DNA of 64,000 bases from Leptospirales bacterium (lineage in GTDB: Bacteria > Spirochaetota > Leptospiria > Leptospirales > Leptonemataceae): the NCBI GenBank assembly GCA_965243385.1, contig CBDEUV010000001.1, positions 70,299-134,298 on the forward strand, read 5' to 3'. How positions within the stretch are numbered: position 1 is the first letter of the stretch; each line of letters begins with the position of its first letter. Below the pieces are notes generated by a model. The model saw nothing but the letters and a program-made list of their open reading frames with translations. It had not been told where the DNA came from and made no database searches. Made by a program: the position numbers and the translations under genes. Shown in pieces: positions 55,539 through 64,000 of this stretch.

Positions 55539-56480
55539 ATGCTCCGGCCAAATCGCTTCGTCGTGCTCTTCATCGTCTGTCTGCTGGGCCTTGCGGGCGG
55601 CGGGGCCGTAATTTACGGACAGGCCGACGGAACCGCACAGGTGCCCGCGCTCGCTGCGGATGCGAGTAACGCGCAAATGTGCACTCGCATCGTTCAATGT
55701 GACCCGGAAGCCCGGGATGCGACGGAGTTTCGCAAAGACTGTCCTGATTTTCTCAAGCGCAGCGCCGCCCGCTTTCCCGTCCAGTTCGAGCCGTTTTCGC
55801 AGTGCGTACGCACCACGCGCTGCGAAAATTTGAGAACTCGCTGGTGCCTGAGGTCGTTCTTTACGGCGATCGACCTGGATCTCGGAAGCATCATTCGATG
55901 GCCGCAAATTCCGAAAACCCGACACGGGCCCATTCGCAAACTCGCCAACTGGCCGACGCAGACCCCGGAGCCCGATGAAGCCGAACTCGCGCGAATAAAG
56001 CGCATTTGCGAAAGCAGCCTTGCATGCCCCGGAGCGCAGCAAAACCCCGCCGCAACAACACAGTCTCGCAAATACTGCGGAGAATGGCTCAAAACCATAC
56101 GCCGCGCGAAACCGGAGGAATACCCGGTAGCGGCGATTTGCCTTGAGCGACACCCATGCTCTCAGACCGAACGGTACAAATGCATAGTCCAGGAAACGAA
56201 AGCCGCAGAGGAAGCTCTTAAGCAGACACCGGAATACAAAGCTGCCCTGCGCGAAATCCAACCCTATTGCGATCGAGTCCGTGAATGCCACCGGAGCACG
56301 AGCGAAGCGGACAGCGAGCTCTCGGGCGACCCGGGCGCGCTCTGCGAAAATCTCCTGATCCGACTGGGAGATTTCCCAGACCATCGGGAAGAGCTGACCT
56401 CCTGTCTTAAAACGGAAGAGTGCACTCCGCAACTTTTCTCAACCTGCGTAAAGAAAAGCTGGATGTTCTCCAGCCAATAG
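55539..56480 (+). CDS. Secreted Cys-rich hypothetical protein
   Basis: The signal peptide is 'FVVLFIVCLLGLAGGGAVIYGQA', followed by many spaced Cys residues. I prefer it to the overlapping Arg-rich minus-strand ORF 55278-56432. Confidence 0.5.
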   Translation: MLRPNRFVVLFIVCLLGLAGGGAVIYGQADGTAQVPALAADASNAQMCTRIVQCDPEARDATEFRKDCPDFLKRSAARFPVQFEPFSQCVRTTRCENLRTRWCLRSFFTAIDLDLGSIIRWPQIPKTRHGPIRKLANWPTQTPEPDEAELARIKRICESSLACPGAQQNPAATTQSRKYCGEWLKTIRRAKPEEYPVAAICLERHPCSQTERYKCIVQETKAAEEALKQTPEYKAALREIQPYCDRVRECHRSTSEADSELSGDPGALCENLLIRLGDFPDHREELTSCLKTEECTPQLFSTCVKKSWMFSSQ

Positions 56481-56563
56481 CGGCCCGCGCCGCGCCTGGT
56501 GCATGAATCTGAAAATATTCGCTCGCCGATCCCGTCGCGAATTCCCATTTTACCGGGAATTAT

Positions 56564-57403
56564 ATGAGCGAAAATTTGAAAGGGACGACCGTCCTCATCA
56601 CTGGAATCACCGACGCGGGCTCGCTGGCCATGGCCATCGCCAAACAGGTGCGCGAAGAAGGGGGCACCATCGTCTGTTCGGGCCTGGGGCGCACCCCGCA
56701 CCACGAAGGCCTCTCAGAGCGCGCGACCGCCTTTCTGGATAGCACCTACGAAGCCTTCGAGAACACCGTAAAGAGCGAACTGGGCCCGGACACGCCGACC
56801 TTCCCGCTGGATGTAACTCTCGACGGCAGCATCGAGGACTTCTGCGTCGCGTTGAAAGCGAAGAATATCACGCTGAACGGCTTTCTGCATTCCATCGCAA
56901 TGGACAAAACGATCAAAGCCGGTGTGGTGATCAAATCGATACTCGAGGTAACCAAAGACCAGTTCTTCAGCGCGATGGACGTCTCCGCCTATTCGCTCGT
57001 ATCGTTGACCCGCGGTTTAATCCACAACGAAATCTTGCAGAAAAACGCGGCCATTCTTGCGCTGAGTTATCTCGGCGCCGAAAAGGTCGCCTATCATCCC
57101 TATAAAAATATCGGCGTGGCGAAAGCGGCGCTCGAACGCATCGTCGTCGAACTCGCGCACGAGCTGGGGGTATCGCACCAGATCAAAGTCAACGCGATCC
57201 GCTTTTCGCCTTATACCGGCAGCAAGGCCGGCAGCGCGATCCAGGGGCTGGCGGAGGCCGTCGCTTTTTGCGACGAGCACAGCCCGCTCGGCAACGCGCA
57301 GCCCGAGGATCTCGCCTACGAATCCGCCTATCTGCTACGACCCTACGGCCGGGTCACCGGCGAGATTCGCAACGTGGATGGCGGCTATCATATTCGCGGC
57401 TGA
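56564..57403 (+). CDS. Enoyl-[acyl-carrier-protein] reductase-like SDR (FabI-like)
   Basis: 'LKGTTVLITGITDAGSLAMAIAKQV' matches the FabI-type N-terminus. The Y-x6-K-type centre is 'YHPYKNIGVAKAALE'. 'VNAIRFSP' is also present. Confidence 0.65.
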   Translation: MSENLKGTTVLITGITDAGSLAMAIAKQVREEGGTIVCSGLGRTPHHEGLSERATAFLDSTYEAFENTVKSELGPDTPTFPLDVTLDGSIEDFCVALKAKNITLNGFLHSIAMDKTIKAGVVIKSILEVTKDQFFSAMDVSAYSLVSLTRGLIHNEILQKNAAILALSYLGAEKVAYHPYKNIGVAKAALERIVVELAHELGVSHQIKVNAIRFSPYTGSKAGSAIQGLAEAVAFCDEHSPLGNAQPEDLAYESAYLLRPYGRVTGEIRNVDGGYHIRG

Positions 57404-57407
57404 GCGA

Positions 57408-58130
57408 TCAGATTCCGCCGCGCGCGAGCACAGCGATAAAATAGCCGCCGAACCACAGACCGCAGCACAAAAAGGTTCCGGCGAAGGGCGACCAGGCCCA
57501 GCTCAAAAACGCCCGCCCGGAGTTTTGTTTATAGATGCATTTGAGCGCCTTGATCGCCACGACCCCGTGCCAGACATAACCGCCCAGAAAGAGGGCCGTA
57601 CTCAAAAGAGCGGCCGGACCGGCGGCGCCCGCGGGAACGCCCGGACCGGGCACGTAGGGAAATAACACACCCAGCGCGTAACCCGGAACCGAAAGCAGGA
57701 TCAGCGGAACGCTCGCGTACATGCCGACTGTCTGCGTACGCGCCAGAGTCGCGTCGGGCTCGCCGAGCAGGCGGATCAATATGTGGCGCATCAGGCCGCC
57801 GTAGAAGATCAGAATGATCCAGAACACCGGGAACAAAATCCGGTTCCAGGCGACGCCTTCCTGGAGCCAGGCGGGCAGGGCGTTCGGCGGACCGTAACTC
57901 TTCATCGCCTGCACCTGGGCTTCCAGGGAGCTCAGATTCATAAACGTGAAGACAAAGTACAACGCCGTAGACGCCACGAGCACCAGGAGAATCATTCGTA
58001 GAGCGTCGCGAAATAAATAATCGCTGCGATCCTGCATGGCCTGCTCGAAAAACGCGCCCGGGGCGCGCAGCAGACTCAGTAGCCTGGCCCATTCCATTTT
58101 AAGATTCATTTCGTTCTCCTGTAATTTCAT
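57408..58130 (-). CDS. Yip1-like polytopic membrane protein
   Basis: 240 aa with five hydrophobic helices after a short cytosolic N-terminus ('LLRAPGAFFEQ'). Confidence 0.45.
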   Translation of the reverse strand: MKLQENEMNLKMEWARLLSLLRAPGAFFEQAMQDRSDYLFRDALRMILLVLVASTALYFVFTFMNLSSLEAQVQAMKSYGPPNALPAWLQEGVAWNRILFPVFWIILIFYGGLMRHILIRLLGEPDATLARTQTVGMYASVPLILLSVPGYALGVLFPYVPGPGVPAGAAGPAALLSTALFLGGYVWHGVVAIKALKCIYKQNSGRAFLSWAWSPFAGTFLCCGLWFGGYFIAVLARGGI

Positions 58131-58671
58131 GCAGTTCGCTCAGTATGCGTTCTGCCGAATAGTTTTTCTTCGCCGCGAGATGCAGATATTTTTCGATGCG
58201 TTCTTCCTGCTGGGTCAAACGCACCACGACTCCATTGTAGGCGTCGGCGACGATCTTAAAATATTCGTCGCCTTCGCGGATGTGAAAGGGCGTCAAATGC
58301 CCCGGGACCTGATTGAGATGTTGGGCGAATCGCTCGTAGGGACCGGCCGCGAGCGCTTCGCCCCCCGCCTGGGCCAGATCCATCACGGCCCAGCCCCAGG
58401 CCAGCAGCAAGATCAGCTTCATGCCGAAGGACTCGTTCATCCACTGCCTGAGCGGCGTCAGCGCGGATACCCCATCCTGGGTCAGAAAAATCCAGTCCAG
58501 TAAATCCACCCCGAAAAACAGGACGAAGACCGCGAGCGTAATGCTCGCGCCGACTACGACCTTGCGAAACAGCGCCGGACTGTGGCGCAGCAGCTTCTGG
58601 AATCCGCTGCGTTCCCAGCTCCGGTATCCCGACCCTCGATCTTCCGCTGAATGCTCTTGCGAAACGGCCAC
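58099..58671 (-). CDS. Hypothetical membrane protein
   Basis: 190 aa with two or three hydrophobic segments. Co-directional with its neighbours. No recognisable domain. Confidence 0.4.
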   Translation of the reverse strand: MAVSQEHSAEDRGSGYRSWERSGFQKLLRHSPALFRKVVVGASITLAVFVLFFGVDLLDWIFLTQDGVSALTPLRQWMNESFGMKLILLLAWGWAVMDLAQAGGEALAAGPYERFAQHLNQVPGHLTPFHIREGDEYFKIVADAYNGVVVRLTQQEERIEKYLHLAAKKNYSAERILSELHEITGERNES

Positions 58672-58685
58672 GGCGCTACTCCCGT

Positions 58686-59504
58686 CTATTCCTGGTTCAT
58701 CCGCGGACCGATGCGGTCTTTGAGCTGGCCCACGATTCGCGAGCGTTCCACCGCCAGTTGCTGCCGCAGTTGATCCCGACGCAGGCCGGCCAGGGTGTTC
58801 TTAATGACCTGCAGCGAGGCGGCTTCGTTCAAACCGGACGCATCGTAGAAGTCTTTGTTGCGTCCGTAATATTCCCGTGCCTCCGCGTCGGTCACGTTCA
58901 CGCGAAAATCCGTGGCTTCAGTGCCCACCCGCTTGTAGAGATAATAATCCGCAGCGGCCTGGCGCAGCGCGTTCTCCATGAACATCTTCGCTTCCCGCTC
59001 GTTCAGGACGCGTTCCTGCAGAGCGGCGAAAGCCATCAAATCCGTTTCGTACTGCTCGCGAACATAACTTTCGTACAGCTCGCGGTCCCCCAAAAGCGAC
59101 TGCGCTCCCGCGTCGCCGTACGTCAGCTTCGCGAGCACCGGATACAGATTATTCAAATGCACTTTATCGATATAATAACGCTCGATATTGTACTGCCAGC
59201 CGTCCGTTTCGCCGGCGAAGCGACTGAAATAGGCTTCGACCGCTTCGCGAGCGCTCGCGCCGTCGTCCTGGCGCATCACGACTACGAATGACAGGATGAT
59301 CGCCAGAAAAAACGCGGCGTAGATCGCGCGCTTGTGGCGATGCGACCAGCGCTGAAAACGTCCGAAGGCCGTCGTGGGCGGCCCGCTGAAACGCGGGTCT
59401 TCGTACAGACCCTGCGGGTTCTCCGGGTTCAGTTCGCGTTCTTCGACGGCCGCATCCGGCTCTTCGTTTTCGATTGATTCAGGATCTTTTTTCTTTCCTG
59501 CCAT
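58686..59504 (-). CDS. Membrane-anchored SurA-N/PpiD-like chaperone-domain protein
   Basis: The start is taken at the ATG at 59504 (MAGKKKDPE...). The TM anchor is 'AIYAAFFLAIILSFVVVM'. 'VTDAEAREYYGRNKDFY' is typical of SurA N-terminal-type domains. Confidence 0.4.
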   Translation of the reverse strand: MAGKKKDPESIENEEPDAAVEERELNPENPQGLYEDPRFSGPPTTAFGRFQRWSHRHKRAIYAAFFLAIILSFVVVMRQDDGASAREAVEAYFSRFAGETDGWQYNIERYYIDKVHLNNLYPVLAKLTYGDAGAQSLLGDRELYESYVREQYETDLMAFAALQERVLNEREAKMFMENALRQAAADYYLYKRVGTEATDFRVNVTDAEAREYYGRNKDFYDASGLNEAASLQVIKNTLAGLRRDQLRQQLAVERSRIVGQLKDRIGPRMNQE

Positions 59505-59505
59505 A

Positions 59506-62500
59506 TCACATACTCCTCTGGGCAATCGTACGATAATATAAATACGAGGCGAAGGGCACCAGCACCAGGCTGACCAGCAACGAGAGGCTCAAACCGAAAG
59601 AGACGGTAATAGCCAGCGGCCGCCACAGTCCGGAGCCTTCGCTGAAATCAACCACCATCGGCAGGAGACCGAAGACCGTCGTCAGTGTCGTCATCAAAAT
59701 CGGGCGGATGCGAAAAGACGCCGCCCGCAATATCGGCCGGATCAATTGCGGCCCGACCGGCCGGGCGCCCGCGGCCCGCAGCTCCGCCAGGGCCTTGTTG
59801 ACGGTGCTCACCACCAGGATCGCGTTATTGACCACGATTCCGCCGAGCATGATCAATCCAATATACACGCTCATATTGAGCGGCATGCGCGTAATCGCCA
59901 GAAAGAGCAGCACCCCGGTCGCCGTCACCGGCACCGTCACCATGATGATGAACGGCTGGCTATACGATTCGAATAAAAACGCGAGCAGCATGTAGATAAT
60001 CACAATCGAAAGCCCGATGGCGATCAGCATTTCGCGCTGACTGGCCTTTAATTTCTCGTACTCGTCCCCGAAGGCGTAGATCGTATCCGGCGGCGGTTCG
60101 ACTCCGGCCATCACGCGATCTATATCCGCGGCCACGGCGTCCACCGAACGCGATTTGATCTTAAAGCTGATACCCACGGACTTGCGTTTGTTTTTGCGCC
60201 AGAGCCGGGTTTCGCCTTCGCCATTGTCGAAAGCGACCATGCTCGCCAGCGGGATCGTTCGCTGGGCGAGCGGCAGCATGAATTTTTTGACGTCGGCCGG
60301 AGTCTCAAGCGCGCCGGGACGGCCCTGGAGTCGCACGTCCACTTCGCGATCGCCGTCGTAGTACTTCGTAATGATCGTGCCCGACAGGAATTGTCGCAGG
60401 GTTTCGCCGATTTCGCGAGTAGTGGTTTGATTCTGGGCGAGCTTGGTCTTCTGCGGATAGAGCAGGATGTCCTGCTTGCCGTCCCGAAAGCGCAGGATCG
60501 CCTGGTCCACGCCTTCGACTTCGCCCTGAATCTTAGAAGAGACTTCCCGGGCGAAAGCTTTGATGACGGCGGTGTCGTCTCCGAAAAACTCCAGATCCAG
60601 CTCGCGTCCGCCGGAGCCTTCGCCGGCCTCGTTATAGTACACGAAGGCCTCTTCGATCGGGTCGGTGATCTTACGCAACTCCGCAATGATCTCGGAGGAG
60701 GATTGAAAGCGGGTCTGTTCCGAATCGAGCTTGATATTCAGAGTCGCCCGGGATTTCTCCACTTTCGCGTTCACTTCTTTAACCGAAGGATGCTTGCGCA
60801 CCGCCGCTTCGATGCGATTCGTGATGCGACGGGTATGTTCGAGGTGCGTGCCGGTTTCCAGGTCGACGCTCGCTTCGATATCGTTCGAATCGACGGGGCT
60901 TACGAATTCTTTTTCGATGATGCTGAACACCAGCGGGCTGACGGCCAGCACGACGATCGGCACCAGAAAGGCCGGCACGATGTTGCGAAACACTACCCGG
61001 CAACGCAGCCGGTACCAGCGCGCGATATCCTCGACGCGGAGAGTCTCTAATCGGCGCCACAGAGCGAGCAGGGGACGCGCGAGCGCGCTCAGAGCCTTCG
61101 CAAATCCTCCCGGCCGCCTTCCGCTCAACTTCGAAAACATCACATGAAGGCCCGCCCGCGATTCCGGCTCTCCGGCGCTCGAAAGCGAAACGAAACGCAG
61201 AATCAGCGAAGGCAGCACAGTCAGCGAAAAGAATAGCGAAACTAATAGCGAATAGATTACAGTTAACGAAAGACTTTCATACAGCTTGCGCGTTTCGGGA
61301 TTCGAAAAAATCAGCGGGATAAACACCACGATCGTGGTCAGGGTCGCCGACACGATCTCCGCCTGCACGCCGACGGTGGCCGAACGCACGGCTTCGGCCA
61401 CATCCCCCCTGGTGCTTTTAGAATCCGCAAGCGACGCGTCCGGACTGCGCAGATCCCGCAGCCGGCGATCGATCGCTTCGGACACCACAATCGAGTTGTC
61501 GATCAACATTCCGGCCCCGAGGGCGAGCCCGGAGAGACTCATCACATTGAGCTCGAGCCCGGACAAAAACATCAGAAAGAACGTCGTCATCACCGAAGCC
61601 GGAATTGTAATCCCGATGATCATCGTCACCGCCGCCCGGCGCAAAAAGACGTACAGTACGACCACGGCGATGATCGCGCCCGAGATCACGGCGCCGGTCA
61701 CTCTATCGATCGAACGGCGGATATAGGTACCCTGGTTATAGGCCACGTTGTAGCTGATGCCTTCGCGCGCCTCCAGGTCGGCGAAACCCTCGACGATCGC
61801 TTCGCAGGCCTCGGTAATACCCAGGGTATTCGCATTGCCCGCCTTTTGCACGTAGACGGTCACCCGGTCTTCGCCGTTCGTCTGGGCGATGCTGTCGCGG
61901 TCCCGGTAATGATCGCGCACCTCGGCGAGCTGGCGAATTTCGACCGTCCCGCCCTGCTGGCCCGTCGTAAATCGCAGGCCGCCGATGTCTTCGATCCGGT
62001 CGATGCGTCCGTAGCTGTAAATATAACGTTCGGACTGCCCGCGGGCGCTGAGCTTGCCCCCGGGCAAAAAGATATTATTCGCGGCCACGGTCGAAGCCAG
62101 CGGCTGCACCGGTACGCCGTGGGCGGAAAGCCGCGCGGGATCGGCCAGCACCTGGATTTCACGTTCAAAGCCGCCGCCCACGAAGACTTCGCTGACGCCG
62201 TCGATGCGTTCGAAGCGGGGTTTGAATCTGCGGTCCACGATTTCGCGCAAGACTTTCAGATCGTGGCGTTCGCTTGCGAAACTTACGATGAATACCGGTT
62301 TATCCGAAGGATCGTAGCGGACGATCGCCGGCTCGTTCACTTCGCGCGGCCAATTCGCGCGCACCAGCCGCACCCGCTCGCTGCTCTCGAGAATATTTAC
62401 TTTGATGTCCGAATTATAATCGAAAATCAGATTCACACGCGATTCGCCTTCGCTCGACGTCGCGACGATCTTTTCGATGCCCGGGATATCGCTGACGGCG

Positions 62501-62709
62501 CGCTCGACGGGTATGGTAATCAATTCCTCGATCTTTTCCGCGCTCACGCCGGGATAGCGCGTAATCACGGTAATGCCGGGCGACGCGAGATTCGGCAGGA
62601 GACCGACCGGCAGGCGGGGAATCGAGATCGCGCCGAGCATGGAAAAGGCGAGGGCGAGCATGGCGCTCATCACCGGCTTGCGAATAAAGATGGCGATCAG
62701 AGCTTTCAC
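59506..62709 (-). CDS. RND efflux transporter permease (AcrB/MdtC-like)
   Basis: 1,067 aa with the 12-TM plus two-large-loop architecture. The N-terminus is 'FIRKPVMSAMLALAF'. Conserved TM4-like and TM10-like segments are present. Confidence 0.9.
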   Translation of the reverse strand: MKALIAIFIRKPVMSAMLALAFSMLGAISIPRLPVGLLPNLASPGITVITRYPGVSAEKIEELITIPVERAVSDIPGIEKIVATSSEGESRVNLIFDYNSDIKVNILESSERVRLVRANWPREVNEPAIVRYDPSDKPVFIVSFASERHDLKVLREIVDRRFKPRFERIDGVSEVFVGGGFEREIQVLADPARLSAHGVPVQPLASTVAANNIFLPGGKLSARGQSERYIYSYGRIDRIEDIGGLRFTTGQQGGTVEIRQLAEVRDHYRDRDSIAQTNGEDRVTVYVQKAGNANTLGITEACEAIVEGFADLEAREGISYNVAYNQGTYIRRSIDRVTGAVISGAIIAVVVLYVFLRRAAVTMIIGITIPASVMTTFFLMFLSGLELNVMSLSGLALGAGMLIDNSIVVSEAIDRRLRDLRSPDASLADSKSTRGDVAEAVRSATVGVQAEIVSATLTTIVVFIPLIFSNPETRKLYESLSLTVIYSLLVSLFFSLTVLPSLILRFVSLSSAGEPESRAGLHVMFSKLSGRRPGGFAKALSALARPLLALWRRLETLRVEDIARWYRLRCRVVFRNIVPAFLVPIVVLAVSPLVFSIIEKEFVSPVDSNDIEASVDLETGTHLEHTRRITNRIEAAVRKHPSVKEVNAKVEKSRATLNIKLDSEQTRFQSSSEIIAELRKITDPIEEAFVYYNEAGEGSGGRELDLEFFGDDTAVIKAFAREVSSKIQGEVEGVDQAILRFRDGKQDILLYPQKTKLAQNQTTTREIGETLRQFLSGTIITKYYDGDREVDVRLQGRPGALETPADVKKFMLPLAQRTIPLASMVAFDNGEGETRLWRKNKRKSVGISFKIKSRSVDAVAADIDRVMAGVEPPPDTIYAFGDEYEKLKASQREMLIAIGLSIVIIYMLLAFLFESYSQPFIIMVTVPVTATGVLLFLAITRMPLNMSVYIGLIMLGGIVVNNAILVVSTVNKALAELRAAGARPVGPQLIRPILRAASFRIRPILMTTLTTVFGLLPMVVDFSEGSGLWRPLAITVSFGLSLSLLVSLVLVPFASYLYYRTIAQRSM

Positions 62710-64000
62710 CCCCGCGGCTCCCCGCCGGATTCGCGGTCCGCGAAACCCGCTTCGTTATCCCCCCGATTCGTTCGATTCGTCTCGGGCCGGGGCAGGCGCA
62801 TGCGTTCGAAGACGTAGTACAGAGTCGGAAAGGCGATCAGGGTCAGCACCGAAGACACCAGCAACCCGCCGATCACCACGATCGCCATGGGCGCCTGGAG
62901 ATCGCCGCCTTCGCCCAGACCCAGCGCCATCGGAATCAATCCGAGAATGGTCGTCAGCGTCGTCAAAAGAATCGGCCGCAGGCGATGCGAACCGCTTTCC
63001 GCGAGAATCTCCGGCAGCGCTTCGATTTCCGCTCGCAAATCCGGGTCGTGCTTTTCGCGATACGCCGCCCGGTTCTGCTGTATATATTCGTACAAAACGA
63101 TCGCCGAATTCACCACGATGCCCACCAGCAAAATCATGCCGATGGCCGAGGTAATGTTCAGACTGTGGCCCGTTACCAGCAGCGAAAGCGATACCCCGAA
63201 CAACATCATCGGAATCGAAAGCGCCAGGGTAATCGGATGCACGATGGACTCGAACTGCCCGGCGAGCAACATATAGATCAGGATGCTGGACAATAAAAAC
63301 GCATACAGCAGGTTGCTGAGCGAATCCAGGGTTTCCTGGTTCTCTTCGCGCACCCGCAGGTCCGGAACGCTTTCGGCGTCCAGGCCGTCCGGCGGATTCT
63401 CGCGCAGCTCCCGTCGCGCGTCGATCAACAGACTTTCCAGAGTTTCGCGCACGTCATCGCGTCGCTCCGGCAGAAACTCGACTTCGATGCGTTCGATCTT
63501 GCGCTGGTTGTCGCGCAGAATCGTCGGAAAGCTCAGACCTTCCTCCGGCCGGATCAAATCGCCCACTTCAATAGCCGCGCCGCCGGCGGTCGGCACATAC
63601 AATGAATGCAGCTGGTCGGTACGCTGGCGGTCCGGTTCGCGCAGGCGTACGCGTACGTCGATTTCGCGGTCGCCTTCGCGATAGATCGTCGAGACCCGAC
63701 CGAAGACTCCCGTGCGAATGGTGCCGGCCACAGCCTCGGGGGTCAGTCCGAACGCGGCGATCTTGTCCCGATCGAGATAGAGACGCACTTCCGGATCCCG
63801 CGCGACGGCGGTCGACCGCACGGCGGTGACGGCGCCGGACTGCATGACCTCGCTCTTTTGCAGACGCTCGTAGATGCGCGACGCGATTTCGCGGGCCGGC
63901 TCGCGGTCGCGGCTTTCAATTTCAAAGAGCAGTTTGCCGCCGGATTCGCCGAGCACTTCCTGTAAAACGTCGCCGCGTATGCGAAACGAAGCCCGAAGCC
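62706..64000 (-). CDS. RND efflux transporter permease, 5'-truncated by the window edge
   Basis: This is the C-terminal half of an RND permease ('LRPILLTTLTTILGLIPMALG'). The frame stays open to position 64000. Its stop overlaps the start of the downstream RND gene (62706-62709). Confidence 0.85.
   Translation of the reverse strand, partial: LRASFRIRGDVLQEVLGESGGKLLFEIESRDREPAREIASRIYERLQKSEVMQSGAVTAVRSTAVARDPEVRLYLDRDKIAAFGLTPEAVAGTIRTGVFGRVSTIYREGDREIDVRVRLREPDRQRTDQLHSLYVPTAGGAAIEVGDLIRPEEGLSFPTILRDNQRKIERIEVEFLPERRDDVRETLESLLIDARRELRENPPDGLDAESVPDLRVREENQETLDSLSNLLYAFLLSSILIYMLLAGQFESIVHPITLALSIPMMLFGVSLSLLVTGHSLNITSAIGMILLVGIVVNSAIVLYEYIQQNRAAYREKHDPDLRAEIEALPEILAESGSHRLRPILLTTLTTILGLIPMALGLGEGGDLQAPMAIVVIGGLLVSSVLTLIAFPTLYYVFERMRLPRPETNRTNRGDNEAGFADRESGGEPRG

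Noticed and set aside
55278-56432. 384-aa minus-strand ORF overlapping the Cys-rich secreted-protein ORF
   Set aside because: It has an Arg-rich, repetitive tail (RRRRRESRGSYRFRFRAS...) and no start context. The plus-strand ORF has a clean signal peptide and a balanced composition.

Overview
High-GC bacterial DNA, densely coded, with no rRNA, tRNA or CRISPR array seen by eye. It falls into five blocks.

(1) 0-8.7 kb, housekeeping and ion homeostasis: a SAM methyltransferase, a GT-C-like membrane protein, a tandem Usp, a P-type ATPase and a CPA2 antiporter.

(2) 8.7-23.7 kb, a co-directional minus-strand biosynthetic operon. It encodes an acyl-CoA-dehydrogenase-like flavoprotein, a flavin-dependent halogenase-like enzyme, a B12/radical-SAM enzyme, a stand-alone adenylating enzyme, an 88-aa carrier protein and a methyltransferase. 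These are followed by a 2,323-aa NRPS (C-T-C-A-T-TE) whose A domain is split by a luciferase-like monooxygenase, and then a FAH-family hydrolase. The gene set matches the logic of a halogenated and/or methylated pyrrole-2-carboxyl starter unit.

(3) 23.9-46.3 kb, the most unusual locus. A 5,088-aa mostly helical protein has two Gly/Ala-rich hydrophobic blocks and a variable C-terminus carrying a JAB/MPN-like HxH..SxxD motif. It is translationally coupled to an upstream 318-aa signal-anchored protein. Downstream lie two paralogous small ORFs (putative immunity genes). Next comes a 5'-truncated 'orphan' C-terminal cassette with its own coupled small ORF. That cassette shares a short junction (HEARDIIAGMGYSMNRREEI) with the giant gene. 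Structured repeats and a DDE transposase flank the cassettes. I read this as a polymorphic toxin/immunity system on a delivery scaffold I cannot assign to a known class (no Rhs/YD, CdiA/FHA, LXG or PAAR signatures).

(4) 46.4-52.7 kb: an MtnK-like kinase, an MTAP-family phosphorylase, a sodium:solute symporter, a DUF3467-like protein and secreted/FN3 proteins.

(5) 52.8-64 kb: parB and parA with four copies of a 17-bp palindrome (three of them at exact 35-bp spacing), hypothetical secreted proteins, a FabI-like reductase, membrane proteins and two tandem RND permeases, the last running off the window.

All functional calls rest on motifs read by eye. No database search was run.
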